This document shows, in pieces, positions 35,451-49,620 of a stretch of DNA of 64,000 nt (position 1 is its first letter; every line of letters begins with the position of its first letter). Both the position numbers and the translations under genes were made by a program. The notes under the pieces are model-generated. The model did not search any database and was not told the origin of the DNA. It was given only the letters and a program-made list of their open reading frames with translations. This stretch comes from Camelus dromedarius (taxonomy: Eukaryota), in contig NC_087437.1 in the NCBI RefSeq assembly GCF_036321535.1, positions 105,154,001-105,218,000 on the forward strand. Direction: 5' to 3'.

Positions 35451-38394
35451 TTGATCTCACTTATATAGGTGGTAGAGGAGGTGGAAGGGACTGGGTGCAG
35501 CCTGAAGCTTGTCCACAGTAGGCCCCATCTTTCCCTTAAACAAACCTAGTGGGTCAAAGCATTGTTAGGCCAAATTCCTTTCTGTGCACAAAAGTAAGTC
35601 ATGGCCAGAAACTCACTCCCTGTTTTTTCATAATCCAACACCTAAAACTTGATCTTGCTAGATTTTTTTTTTCATTTTAAACTGCTATATTTTTTAGCAT
35701 TCTATAAAATATGTGAATGAGTTCTCATTATTGGTTTAATTTACATTTTTTCATTGCTAGAGAGATATTCTAATATCTCTCAATAGAACAGATACATAAT
35801 TCCTACAATATAATTACAGAGGCTAATGAGAGTTATATTAAAATATGTATACATCTCAAAAGTACAATGATAAAATTTGTATAAGACCAGGTCAGGAGGA
35901 TAGTATTTGTGTATTAATCTGAAATAAGGCAGAAGCATACTATGTATGGCTAAAGAATATACACTCAAAGATACAAATTCAAGTAAGATATACTGATGGA
36001 GGAGACTGGAATATGAGAGATGCCATTCCCCTGGTTGGATAAGGATCCAGTCAATCTTCCTCTGGGGAGTAGACTTTTGTTATGGAGATTTCTGTGGGCT
36101 TATTTCACAATGATTTTTCTTCCTTGCCTCCTGCCAAAGCAACAAAGGGGATCTTGTTTAGATCTTAACCATGAGAATTGTGAAGAGCTGGGATGTGCAA
36201 TTACCCTCCAAACTCAGTGTTGTAGCTCAGTGGGGTCCTAAAGGGGTTTTCAGTATGTGTTTCAGGTAGTCTCTAGTTTAGGAAAGTCACAAAAATATCA
36301 CTATGTCCAGGAAGTAACTAGAACTAGTAGAAAACACAGAATTCTTTGGCAACTGCACATCCAAAATAAAACCTTTCTTTAGCCTAGTTGACATATATAT
36401 GAACAACATGTGATGGGTTTAGTTCCTATCTTCACAAATGAATGCAAAGCAAACCAGTGCCACCTGCAATGCTGACAAGTAAATGGGACTCAATACCAAA
36501 GCCTTTAAAGTCCTATTTCATGACCTCTACATTCTGTTACCAGTCTTATCTAAGATACAGTTCTAGATAGATAAATGCATATGTAAAGACATTTATACAT
36601 GTGTTTATATGTGTACACATATTTGTACATATGAGTATATGTACACATACATACATTCACATATACACATTAGTTAATTGTTTGGCATTCTCAAGTGAAA
36701 ACAAAAATTTTCTTTATGTGCTATGTCGGAATGACACTGAATTTAATACAATGTCTTATCTATGTGGATTTAGTGCTGAAACCACTCACTGTTCTTCAAG
36801 TAAAATAAACGCATATGGAAAAATATGTCTCTGCTGGTATTTTATTGTTTAATGAACACTTACATATTAAATAATCTAATTAATGAATATTTAAAATTCA
36901 CCTATTAACATTGTTTATCTGTAAAATATATTTGTTTTCCTCATTACTATTTATATTTGAAATTTAATATATACATATTTCCATGTTCTTAGTTTTGAGT
37001 GTGTTGCTTCATTTTGATAACTAAGCTAAAAAAAGCAAATTTTAGTGGAAATTTAGTAAAATTTCTTGAGAGACTAATTTTGGTTCACAGATTTTTCTTT
37101 GATTGTTTGGGACAGGTGTAATGTGAACACTTAAAATTATAAGCTTCCTTCCTTCTTTCTTTTTTCCTATCTTTTTGGTTTAATATAATTTTTGATCAAC
37201 TTCCTTTTGAAATTCCATGTAGTTAAAACATTTTTATTTCAAATTATCTATATTTGATTTCAAATTGAAAAGTGAAGTTAATTAAAAATTCCTCATATTA
37301 AAGCACCAAAAACAATTTAGTTTAACAATTAAATGTTGCATATCAGTTGCATTAAGATCTTGCTTATATTCCACCTAATCATTTCACTCAAAGGAAAAAT
37401 GTTTCTCTTAGGTTAAAGCTTAAGCATTTCTTTGGATCATTTCAAAATTTGAAACACTTTAACCCATGAGCTATACTGATACTGCACTATGAATTTAATT
37501 AATTCAGAAAAATGAGTATTTTCTAGCAGCTCTTAAAATGGATCCAATATTGAAGAACATGGTACAAAAACACAATTTGCTTCTCATTCTGTTGTAAATG
37601 TATAAAAAGAGATAAAATGATCTTAAGTGTCTAGCTGGAAAATGAGTCAAGAAGGTACCAAGATTTTCCAAATTTTGAAAGTCAAAGATAGAAGATAGTA
37701 AAATGTAGCAATAATAACCAATAAACATCAAGTATCTCTTCAACTATATAGATCTTCAACATTTCCACTTAGAAGTGCCCCAAGAACCATAAATTCATTT
37801 TGTTTTATATTGACCTCATTTTCTTTACTTCTAATTCCACCCCCCTTTATTTATCTCAGTGATATCTTCCATTTATGCTTACTGTTTTTCTGGATTTCTT
37901 CCCTTTCCTCACATCTTAAATCCAATCAATACAGACATCACTCAAGTTTTCACTTTGGAAATTTCATTATTCTCTGTCTTTAATAGCTAAAAAAGCTGTA
38001 ATTAAGTAATGACTATGTTTTAATAGCTATAGTAAATACTTTTATTAACAAATACCAACAACTAACTTTAAATTAACAATTCAGAAACAAGCTGAATCAT
38101 GAATGTGTTACTGAGTATGTTATTGAGAATTCTATATTCAAAATTTACACTTGGATAGTTAGAAGCTGACTAAATGTTTGAGGAACTAATTAGGACTTTT
38201 ATATATTTTGGAGCATTGATTTGGAAGTTTTAATAGTATATCTGAGGATGGCTAAGTACAAACAAAAAGCTGCAACAGCAAAACTACTGTTTGAACTTTT
38301 GATCAGTGCTTTAAAAATCTGTCAGAAGTCTCATAATTTAAGGTACAGAAATTTGAAAATTAAATAAAATTGGAAATAATAAAATTTTTTAAGA

Positions 38395-38732
38395 TGTAAA
38401 AATTAATAAACAGAAACCTCAATTAAATAGAGTCAGGAGACCAGAAAGGGGAGTTTTCGTGCCCTGCAATGATAGAGCCCTTCAGGAAGAAAGACTTCTC
38501 TCCTTTCCTGGCAAGGACTCAGCCAGTGAAAAGCCACGGACTCTTTGTTTACTACAGCCTTCCCTCCTAATTTCCTTTTCTTCTCTATCAAATCTTCTCT
38601 TTCCCTTCCTGTGCGGGACCTTGCATGTGGCTCACCATGGTTGTAGACTCTGAATTACAATTTTATACTGATTCCAAATAAACCCATCTTTGCTGGAAAA
38701 ATATCTAACAGTAGAGTTGTTTTAGGTCAATA
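38395..38732 (+). mobile_element. Solo ERV1-type LTR
   Basis: Starts TGT, has internal AATAAA near the 3' end, ends ggtcaata (decayed CA), flanked by 4-bp TSD aaga (38391-38394 and 38733-38736). Confidence 0.75.
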
Positions 38733-41189
38733 AAGAGAAAGAACATTTACGACACCATTATCACTGCCAAGATACATTTTTTAAAGCATCTCAAATGGTT
38801 TGATTAATAAAGAATTTAAAATCCCCCAGTTGTAGGTAATTGCTGCAGTATAAATGACCTCTGTCCTTGGGCTTCTGGAAAGGAGACATTAAACTTTAAA
38901 TAACATCAACTAATTTAGAAATCATATACTTATCCCAAAGCATTTACTTCATGATTTAATTATTTTAATCATTAGACCATTTAATGAATAACATGATGAT
39001 TATGAAACTTTAGGGCCTTTGTAAATATTGGGAATGTTTTTCAACATAATAGACATGTATCTATGAGGCTGTACCTTTTGCTTAAGTTTCTCTATATGAA
39101 AATCTTCCATTTCTCTGTCTAAATTGAGCTTATGTCTTGATATCTAATTTATATGCCACATACTTTTTGGAACCTTTCCTGATAACTTACCTAAACACAA
39201 TAATTTATTATTTCCTTATTTGTGTTTTCACAATACTTTATTTGTAACTGTTTTATTTATTAATTTTAAAATAGAATACAATAAAATATATATAATATAA
39301 ATTTTGTTATACACACACACTAATCCCACTGAAATCCCTTACATCTTTCCACTAATATGTGAGATCCTTAAAACAGGGCATATAGTTTCTTCAGATTTAT
39401 ATTATTTCCTTTCAAATAGCACAATGCCTTGAATATAACAGTTATGTGAAATTATTTCTATACTTCACAATATTAGTTTAATGCCACAGAATAATAGTTT
39501 AATGCTCTAAGAGACTGACCTATATCTAGAGTTTCAGATATACTTTTACAGTCTGGGTTCAACCAAGTTGTATAAGTTGCTGTTACCCTTGAGATTAAAA
39601 AAAAAGAAAGTTAAGAGAGAAAAAAAAAAGTTATCTTATGTTGGTAATGTCATAAAGCACCTATGTTTTATATAATTTATCACTTATTTTAATCACTACT
39701 TAACTACAAAAGCAAATAAAATATATATATTGAAATTATCTCTGCAAAAGAAAAAAATATGTCTTCTCATTCCTCCTGAAACAGCATTATCCTCCATACA
39801 AAACACATTCAAAGTCTTCCTGTAATATCAACTTTCCATCCTCCTTCCATTCAGAAAAACCTTTAGGTTAATTAAAGTCCACACTGGCATCATTGTTTTC
39901 ATTACAGTGAATGAACCTGATAAAAAAAATCAGCTGTCACTGAAGTTACTTTAACGCTTAGGTTTTCCTCCATGCAAGGCTGTGTACTCATTACCCTACC
40001 TTTGACACAGAAATCACTTCCTGTGGGATATAGAGCACTTTTTTCAAGTCTAGAGATTAGAAAAATGGATATTTATTGCAGTTAAGGAACTCAGAATTTT
40101 AAAGAGGCAATTTCTGGAAGCTGGCTGAAAAATGACCTCATTCTCCTTCAAGTTTATTGTCAACACAATGCTGTGCTGGCACTCCAAGATGCATGATGTG
40201 GTTCAATCTTTCTGCATGGCCTTCAGGGGCATGATTCAAAATAAAGAATTGTGCTTGAATGGCTGATTTTATTTGTTTCCTAAAGATTGTTCCTTTTATA
40301 ATTCACCCAAGTAGGAAAACACTGCTGTAAACATTTCAAAATATTTATAATTTAGAATAGTGACTATCACTTTTTTCTGTGCTTTGATAATTTAAAATGA
40401 GGCAAGAATTTTAAGCTCATCAAAGTGATAAATTGGAGTTTATTAGACACAATTCTTTATTTCCAATCTGAAAAAATCCCTGAATGACCAGTATAGATTA
40501 TTTGATCAGTTCAAAGTATGCTGTGTGAAACAGTAATGATGTGTGAAATTACTATTACTAGTAAGAGACAAGATAAGTATAAAAATTGAGATTAAGTGTT
40601 TATAATACTTTATACCAATTTGGCAGATTAATTGTATGTCTAATAAATCTCATGATTAACATTTTGGATTCCCAATTTATATTTCCCCTCTCTTATTTTC
40701 ATTTATTTTTGATAGTAGTTCATTTTTTATTGTATTTACTGAAGTTTAGGTTTGGGATAGATTCAGAAAAACATTGATTCTTCACCATAGATAGCTGGAG
40801 AAGCACTGAATTCTAAGAATAATGGTTTTCAAAATTTTTGAAATATTATGCAAAAGCTCCATCTTTGAAAAAGTTAAATATTGAGCTTCTCTGGTTAAAG
40901 AGTAGAGAGGGATAAAATAGTGATCCACTTTTCCCACTGAGGCAGAAACAGGAGGATCTAGGGGATGGAAAAGTAACATGAGGGACAAGAATCATTAAAT
41001 AAAACGTGGAATGAAAAATAATCAAAAACTGCAATGGAGGTAAATAACATGTGCATGACTATAGATAATTAAAGTTAAAAATATAATTTATAATTAAAAA
41101 TATTAAGAAAAGATTTAAAAGATCAGGGAAATGATTGAAGAATAAACTTGATCAAATTGTGATCAATATAAGTACTATTCCTGGGTGTT

Positions 41190-42203
41190 TGGTATACAGA
41201 GAACAAAACATATCCCCTTACCCTCAGAGTCATCCCACCCAGCCCCTGCCCGACACTGTCCATGCCCTCATCTCTGAAATTTGTGAATATGTGACATTAG
41301 ATGGGAAAAAAGAAGAGACTTGGCAAATATAACTATGGCTATGGCATTACAATAAGGAGATTTTCCTGGATTCTCAGAGTGGGTGCAATCTAATCACATG
41401 AGCCTTTAGATTCAGAGTACTTTCTCCAGTTTCAGTCAGGAGAGAGGTAGCAAAAGGTGAAGTCAAAGATATTCGAAGTGAGAATAGCTCAACCATCATT
41501 GCTGGAGAGAGCCACGTGGAAGTATAAAAGTGTTAAGTGTGTGTCCCCTCAGAATTCACGTTTTGAAATCCTGACCCCAATGTGTTGGTATTAGGAGTGG
41601 GTGAGTGCTTTGGAAGGTGATTAGGTCGTGAGAGCAGAGCATAAATGTGATTAATACACTTATAAAAGAATCCCCAGAGAGCTCCATAGCCTTCTTTCCA
41701 CCTCATGACAGCATAGTGAGAAGATGATCTATGAACGGGGAAGCAGACCTCACCAGACACTGAATTTCGTTTCATTTTCATCTTGGACTCCCCAGCTTCT
41801 CCAGAACTGTGAGAGGTAAGTATTGTTTAAGCTACCTAACCTATGACATTTTTGTTGCAGCAGCCTGAACTGATTAAGACAAGAAAGAAACATAGGTAGT
41901 CCAGGAGGAAAGACCGGCCCAGGGATGGAAAACAGGAACCTCAGTCCTCTAACCATCAGGAACTGAATTTGATCATTAACATGAATGACCTTGAAGGTTA
42001 ATTGACTCCTAAAACCTATGAGGAGAAATGAAGTCTTGTTAACACCTTGATATTGGCCTTGCAGGATTCTAAGCAGAGGACCCAATTAAGCTATATTATA
42101 CCAGGGTTTTTGACTTGCAGAGCTAAGAGGTAATAAATAGGTATTGTTTTAAGCTGCTAAATCTGAGGTAATATGTTACAGCAACAGCAGAAAACTAATA
42201 ACA
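41190..42203 (+). mobile_element. MLT1D/E-like MaLR LTR with a nested MLT1A/B-like LTR (~41530-41880)
   Basis: tgtgaatatgtgacattagatgg...ctaatcacatgagccttta; nested gtcccctcagaattcacgttttgaaatcc...gcagcctgaactgattaagaca; end gttacagcaacagcagaaaactaataaca. Confidence 0.75.
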
Positions 42204-42983
42204 TATCCTTACCCAAAAGAAAGAGCTTGTTACTGAATTATTGTGGAGCCAACACCTTCTCTGAAAATAAAGTGTGTATCTTACTGATTGACTGGTACTC
42301 TGGTTTCTGAACCTTTACCCAGGCATTACTTTTAAAATATTCCAATTGCAATTATACATTTTCTTTTATTCAAAATCAGAAGATATATAATATGCTCTAC
42401 ATAAATACAATGTCCATCATTGTGCTAATTTGTATAACTTCATTTTTCAATTTTCACCTTTTTTTAAATTAAAAATTTAGTTTGTACCAGGCTCTGTGCC
42501 AAGTGCTTTACTTACTTTGCTTCACTAAGGAGGTATGAATTTTTAATAGCACTGAAGAAAACCAAGGCCAGGAAGGTACATAAAAAGTTACATAAAAATC
42601 CAGACTAAAAGTCTGGCCTATGTAACAGTAAGTTTGATGCTTATAAGTTTAAACTGCTCTTTTTCTGACTGTAGAAGCCTAATTTCTATTCTGTATAGTA
42701 TGCTTGTCTAGAGGAGGAAAAGGTGGAGGGAAACTGCAGAGGTAATTAAAAGGAGTTCAGTTACATTACTTTTCCTTCCTATGACTTTTCAAAGACAGAA
42801 ATTTCTTGCGAGTTGCTAGTGTGGCTGGACTTACCAATTAAGTGATGAAGTAGAAACGATAAGGTGACACATATTTAGAATGTTTAGCCATGCTCTGCTG
42901 AAAGATTTAAACAAACATTTGTATATTTGTAAGCAAAATGACAACAGAGAGTAAATGGTCTCTTTATCTATTCACTTATGTGT

Positions 42984-43364
42984 GGGGTTTTTTTTAACAT
43001 TTTTTTATTGATTTATAATCATTTTACAATGTTGTGTCAAATTCCAGTGTAGAGCACAATTTTTCAGTTATACATGAACATATATATATATTCATTGTCA
43101 TATTTTTTTCTCTGAGAGCTACCATAAGATCTTGTATATATTTCCCTGTGCTATACAGTATAATCTTGTTTATCTATTCTACAGTTTTGAAATCCCAGTC
43201 TATCCCTTCCCACCCCCCGCCCCCTTGGCAACCACAAGAATGTCATTCTAAGTGAAGTAAGCCAGAAAGAGAAAGAAAAATACCATATGAGATTGCTCAT
43301 ATGTGGAATCTAAAAAAAAAAAAAAGCATAAATACAAAACAGAAATAGACTCACAGACATAGAA
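42984..43364 (-). mobile_element. Young camelid-type L1 3' end with 5' inversion (twin priming)
   Basis: Minus-strand 3' UTR 42984-43238 joined to plus-strand L1 43239-43364; TSD cacttatgtgt at 42973-42983 and 43365-43375. Confidence 0.85.
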
Positions 43365-43539
43365 CACTTATGTGTATTTTATGAAGGTCGATGATCACAA
43401 AATTAATCCACCTGGTTGGCTTGGGGTACTCTGGGCAGTTTCTCTTGTATTCAAGTGGCCACTTCTTACAGTTTTGCAATGAGGTTTCAGAGTCTTATAG
43501 AATCATAAGGACTGCAGAGTAGAAATTCTAGTTACTAGT

Positions 43540-44075
43540 ATTAGAAAACAAATTACTCCAAAAGTTACTGGCATAATATAACAGCAACTTATGTTACACT
43601 AGGACTCTTGGCATCAGAAATTCAGGCAGAGCATGGTAGGGATGGATTTCCTGTGCCCCAACTTGCCTTTTCGCCTTGGCTGGAAGATTTCAAGACTGGG
43701 TGCTGGACTTACAGACAGCTCACTTACCATGTCTGCTAGTTAATGCTGGCTGTCCAGTGGAACACTTACATGTGACGTCTCCATGTTGTCTAGACTCCCT
43801 TTCAACATGCTGTCTGAGTTCAAAGGCAAGTGTTCCAAGAAGAAATTAGAGGCAGAAGAAGAACTTAACTCCTTTTTTGACCTAGACTCAGAAGTTATGC
43901 AGCATCATGTCTGCCACACTATACTGGCTGAGGCAGTTACAGTGGTCCGGTCAGGTTCAAGGAGAGGAAATGTAGATCCTGTCTCTCCTTGGAAGAATTT
44001 CAATATCACTTAGTAAGAAAAATATGTGGAAAAAGATATACACTTGGGCTGTCTTTTGAAAAAGCTATCTGACAC
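43540..44075 (-). mobile_element. MLT1-like MaLR LTR
   Basis: aacaaattactccaaaagttactggcat...cagaaattcaggcagagcatgg...gacctagactcagaagttatgcagcatcatgtctgccacact. Confidence 0.65.
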
Positions 44076-44241
44076 AGTGAAGGATGCATATGCACAAAAG
44101 AGGTGCTTGAGACACAGTCAAGAGATTGTTAAAAGCTTTTAACACATAAGTTGTATAAGGTAATAAAAAAGGAAAAGACTAACAAAAACATCCTAACACT
44201 GAAACATGATCAGAAAAATATTCCTCCAGCTCTCTCTTCAT

Positions 44242-44645
44242 TGTGATGTTCAGTTTGATGTGTCAGTTTGGCTGGGTTTCAGTATCAGTCAAACACTGAT
44301 CTAGGTATTAGTGCTGTGAATGAATTTTGTAGATGTTATTCAGCCATAATCAGCTGACTTCAAGTAAGGGAGCTTATCCTAGACAATCTGAGTGGGCCCA
44401 ATTCATTCAGTTGCAAAGCTTTAAGATGAGGGCTGAGACATACCTGAAGAAGCAGCAATTCTGCATATGGAGAGCAGTTTCATCTTGTACCTAAGTGTTT
44501 CAGCCTGCCCTTCTGACAACCGGATCTATAGATTTCAATGTGGCCAGCAATATCCCATGGTAGTGTAAACCCATTCCTTGTAATTAATCTCTTAATACAT
44601 ATCTCTTACTTGTTCTGTTTCTTTGGTTGACTCCTGAATGATACA
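44242..44645 (+). mobile_element. MLT2-like ERVL solo LTR
   Basis: TGTGATG...GATACA termini; 5-bp TSD ttcat/ctcat. Confidence 0.8.
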
Positions 44646-46654
44646 CTCATCAAAAGCATCTACTTCCATTTAGAACATTCAATATTACGATATTATATCA
44701 AAAAACATGCTTACTTGATCCTACAATATTGAGATGAAATGCTATAAATGATTTATACTAAGTTAAACCAGAAGATAGCAGGTTATATCAGAAAATAATT
44801 TAAAAATTCTTAATTTTTTTAAAATCATGAAAATATTTTCTCTGTTTGCCACTATAACATGGCTGGAGAGCATTCTTCTCCACTTTCAAGAATTTTGCCC
44901 ATTGTGGTCTATTGCATGCTGACTGTGAGTCCAGGCTATAAGTTCAAAAAAAGACCTTGTTTGCATTATGTAGAATGGCAGTCATAATCAGATTATTCAA
45001 TTCTAAAATGATTAAGCATGTTTCTACCTGAATATGTTTCTACAGGAATGCTACACACAGTATAAAAATAGATTTATACAACTTTCTTGTGTGGTGAGAA
45101 AAACAATATTCTGGATTTCTAACAAAATTACTTTGAGAATTAGATAATGCTTTGAACACTTGGCTAAAGATTAAGAGTCACTGTTTATAAAATATGATTT
45201 TTACTGATATTAAATAATTTTTTTCTAAGTGAAAATAAATAGGAATTTCTATTCTCAATCAACATAATTTTGAAGGTCCTTTTTTTCCCCTAATTTTATA
45301 AACAAGTAAAAGAAGTAACTAAAACCAAGTAGTTTATTTAAATCCAATCATACCATAATCTGGATAATTTTTAAATCTTGATTGTTTATAAAAGGACCAC
45401 TTCAGAGAGACATGGCTTTGAATCTCTGCACTTTTTTACCCAAGCCTGAGACTTACATTCACTGCTCCTTAATTTTGTCTTCTGAAAAATATGAAAATGT
45501 GATCTTGTAAAATTTTGTGATAATTGGACATAATGTAAAAGTATTTGGCACATAAATTATATGCTAAATAAATTAGTATTATTCTCGTTTATGTTATAGT
45601 TTTACATTGAATTAACGGAGCTTAAATTTTATATATATTTTACTTTATAGTATTAAAAATACTTTGCTGACCAAACTTTAGTGCTTATTATTGAATTCAT
45701 CAGTCCTCACCCATTCTACCTTTGATAATTTTGATTAACATTTTATGACATTTAGATCAAGATTTTTTTATAATTATATTTTCTTTTCTTGCCATGTTCT
45801 TTTAAACTATGGTTGATCTTTGTTAACAAAACACTTGGGGGACATTGAGTGGCATTTCAAGGCACTCATGTCAGCACCTGTTATAGATTTATAGCACTTA
45901 GCCTGTCAGAGATTTGTCCTTAACGTTAGAGAGGAGTAAGATATCTTAGACTTTTGAGTTTATGCTTGGTTACATTTAAAATAGCTTAAAAAACAGTTTC
46001 AGTATCAGCATATTAATACCTACGACAACGACATGACTCCCCTCAGGTCTGACAAGTTACTAGAAAATAGATGGAGTGGTCATTTGAGTCTTAAGTAATC
46101 TTTTATCAAATGACCGTAACTATTTGTTTAAATCTTTATTTCATTTAAATTTGCATGAATTTTAGGTGGTTACCCACATATTCTCTCTTGACAGATAAAA
46201 ATTAAAGACAACATGTCACATTCAGAATGTGCTGGGGTAGCCACACAACCCTCCCCACGGCAGATGTAATTGCCCGACTAATCAGTGGACTGCAGTGGTC
46301 TGGGGAGTTTTTCATCTGGCTGCAGGGGAGGTTTTCAGATTGCATAAGGCCTTTTTCAGTTTCATTGAAATGAAATCACTCAGAAATATCCAGCTCTATA
46401 TTCTCTCAGGAAAGCTATTGTCATTTATTCCTCAGACGCCTCCCCAGTTATTCTTTCTGCATTTAATGCACTGTTATAAGGTTTATCAACTCTGACTCTG
46501 AGTATTTGGAATCAAATGTAGGATCTGTGTTTCTTGCTGAGTGTGGTAAAAAACAAAATCAGATGTGCTGAAATCAGCACTAATCTTTTATACCATTTTC
46601 TCAAGCTTAGGGTAAAGAAGAAGAAACTATGCGTTATGTATGCCTGGGATCCAT

Positions 46655-48290
46655 ACCAAGAGTTTCGATGACAAATACCATCCTCTCCCTGTCCCCCTCA
46701 ACACACACACATACCACAATATATACAAGCCTCTTTTAGCTGTTACGTCAGTAGCTGAGGAAAATATAAAAATACAGAAAGCCAGAAATTAATAAATAAA
46801 TAAAAGAAGAAAAAAATGTGCACAATTTGTGTACACACAGAAGATACATAAATTATACACATACTAAAAGAGTTGCCTTCTGTATCTAGATAAAATTTCA
46901 ACAAGGAACATTTCATCCAAAATTGAGCAAATGAGACCGTGAAGAAGGCAGAGTTTCCACAGCTGTGAGCAGGGATAAGGAAATTGACAAGGGATAGGCA
47001 GGCACTTAGAAGCTGGACATGATGGGAAGCTATCTCCACCCCTAGGCCCCAAGGAAGTGGTGCCTCAGTGAGGAGCTATCATCATGGAAGGCAAAGAGAG
47101 GAGGGAACAGGGATACTGCCCCACTCCCTGCCCTCCTGTCCTCCCATTTACTGTTGGCACAAATGGCAGTCACCCAGAGGGGCTGGGTAGTGCAGGCCAG
47201 AAAGGGGCATGTGATTTGGGAAATGACCAGCATAGCAGAGCTTATTCAACTGAAAGTGTGAGTGCGTGTGTGCTATTGCATCCATTAATATCAATTAATT
47301 TCAAAATATGTATATTGAGCCTTTACTGATACCTATTGATGTCTTCAGCACTGTTCTAGATTCTTGGGATGCAATGATGGTAAAAATAACCCAAGGAGGC
47401 CTGTGGACCCACAGAGGTTACATTCTAGTGAGGGGAAGGCTCAGTGAACAATGAACAAATAAACAGATGGTAATATGTGCCCTGCGGTCGATCAAGGATG
47501 TGGAATTTAAGCTGTGTTCCAAAGGGTAAAAAGGAAGCAGCCCAGGAAGTTCATGGGGAAGAACATTCCAAGGTAGAAAGAAAACGTCCTGAGAAGTCAG
47601 CTTCTGGGGCCAGGGAAAACAGCAAAGTAGTAGGGTAGGTGGAGAGTGAGCAGGGCTGACAGCTCAGATGTTAAGTGCAGTATGGTAACACCAGGGGAGG
47701 GTTTTAAGCCCTACTGGAAAGTGGGGTGAAGAGAGGTGAGGGGGAAAGGTATGATCTGCTGTGTATTCTACATAGATCTCTTTGGCTCTGCAGGACCTTA
47801 CTGTTGTCTACAACAGAGCACTGCGGGCTGGCACTGGGGTGCTCACCACTAACATAGGGAAGCAAGGACAGGTTTGGGCTGTGTGTTAGAGGTGGCAGGG
47901 GTCAGAGAAGAAGAATAAAGGACTACTCAGATTTTATTAAAATAATCCTTTCTATTATTTGGCACTACTTCAAAGACACCTTAATAAAATCTCCACCAAA
48001 GGGCCCTGAAAAATGTCAGTAAGATATAGATGTATTGCACCCCAAGAAAAGGCTGCTTTTCTATAGAATAGAATGTGCTGTAAGGCTATCTTGGACTTCA
48101 ATTTGGTTTGTACAATACGTGAAGGTCCTGATGTCCAGGTTGTCTTACCTGTCAGGTGCTCCCACACAAGGACTTCAAAGCCAGGACAAGAGCGAGCAGT
48201 GAAGATTCCCAAGTATAATGCATTTACTCCCTATATTGAGTTGATATGATAATGCTATTAGACTGTGATACCAGGATGAATATTAAGTTT
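46655..48290 (+). repeat. Ancient duplicated block A, second copy (inverted paralog of 31400-33100)
   Basis: Collinear matches, e.g. caggttgtcttacctgtcaggtgctcccaca and gtgaagattcccaagtataatgcattta vs reverse complement of 31460-31557. Confidence 0.85.
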
Positions 48291-48407
48291 AGTCCTTCCC
48301 TGGCCCCTGCAAAAGCACACAGCCAGTGGAAGAGGAAGATTCATGAACTGGAAATGGCAGTGAATATGTCATGTATGATCATTTCTGGCATCATGTTCTA
48401 ATAGTGC

Positions 48408-48985
48408 TTGAAATCCCACCAACCAGAAATCATTGCTTACAACATTTTCCTGCTTTTCTTCCTAATATTTTTTAAGCACAGATACAATTTTTTCTCAGTA
48501 AAAGAAGAATCATGGTATATATAACTACGTAGATTTTTAATACATAACATTATATTATGAATATTTTCCCATATTCATAAAAAGGTTTCAAAAACATGTT
48601 TTTAATGGCTACATAATATTTTACCACACTCTATAATAGTGACACCAGTATTTATTTCTTGGTTTTTAGGAAGTTGAGGTTTGATTTACACAGGGTGAAA
48701 GGCACACATCTTAGGTGTCCAGTTTGATCATCATTTACAAATATATACATTTATATAACCTGTATTTCTATCACTCTAGAAAGTTTCTTCTATGCTTCTA
48801 ACTGATCAATTCCCACTATTCCAGGAAAAAAAATCCCTGTTCTCATTTCTATCACCACAAATGTTTTGTCTGTTCTACAGCTCCACAAATGGAATCATAC
48901 TATGTTCTCTTCTTGTATCTACTTCTTTCACTAAGGACAATGCTTTTGACATCCATCCATGTTGATGTGTGTAACAGTAAGCTGT
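48408..48985 (+). repeat. Ancient duplicated block B (two old minus-strand L1 fragments with a shared junction), direct paralog of 24520-25110
   Basis: Same order and junction: tttcaaaaac...ggctacata.tattt..cacactcta...ggtgaaa.gcaca.atctta...ctgatcaattcccac...cctgttctcatttct. Confidence 0.6.
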
Positions 48986-49244
48986 TCTTTTCTACTGTTG
49001 ACTGACCCATTCTCTACTAGCCCCATTGTCCCACCCCACCTTCCCTTAGCTCCAGGCTCCAGTTCTAGCAGTTAGGCCCAACATTCTCTCTTTGAGGATA
49101 GTCCCTCCAACAGGAGGAAAATCTGTAAGTAATGGCAATGGTGACTTCTGTTTGTTGAGACTCTTCTATCTGCATTATTCAGGTGGTGGTTTAAGGTTAC
49201 TATTCATTCCCACCCTGTGAATCTCAAAAATTCTATTTTATTTT

Positions 49245-49620
49245 TATTAGTTAGTGTTCTCTACAGGAAAAGAAAATAGAGTGCGCATGAAAGAGGAGGG
49301 GGTTGGGGGAGGTGGGAAGAGAGATATTAAGGAATTAGTTACATGATTGTTGGGGCTGAAAAGTCTGAAAAGTGTAGGCATGCCAGCAGGCTGGAAACAC
49401 AGGTAGGACTTTTATGTTATAGTCTTGATGTAGTAAACTATTGGATAAGGCCCGCCTACATTACAGAAGGTAATATCCTTTGCTTAAAGTCATCTGATTG
49501 TAAATATGAATGGTATTAAAAAAAAAAAAACTTTACATCTAAATCTAACATTTAAATTAGCATTTGATTAAATAACTGGTTGTCATAGCCTAGCCAAGTT
49601 GACACATAGACTAAGCATCA
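49245..49620 (-). mobile_element. MLT2-like ERVL LTR
   Basis: taaggaattagttacatgattg...gccagcaggctggaaacacagg...catagcctagccaagttgacacata. Confidence 0.75.
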
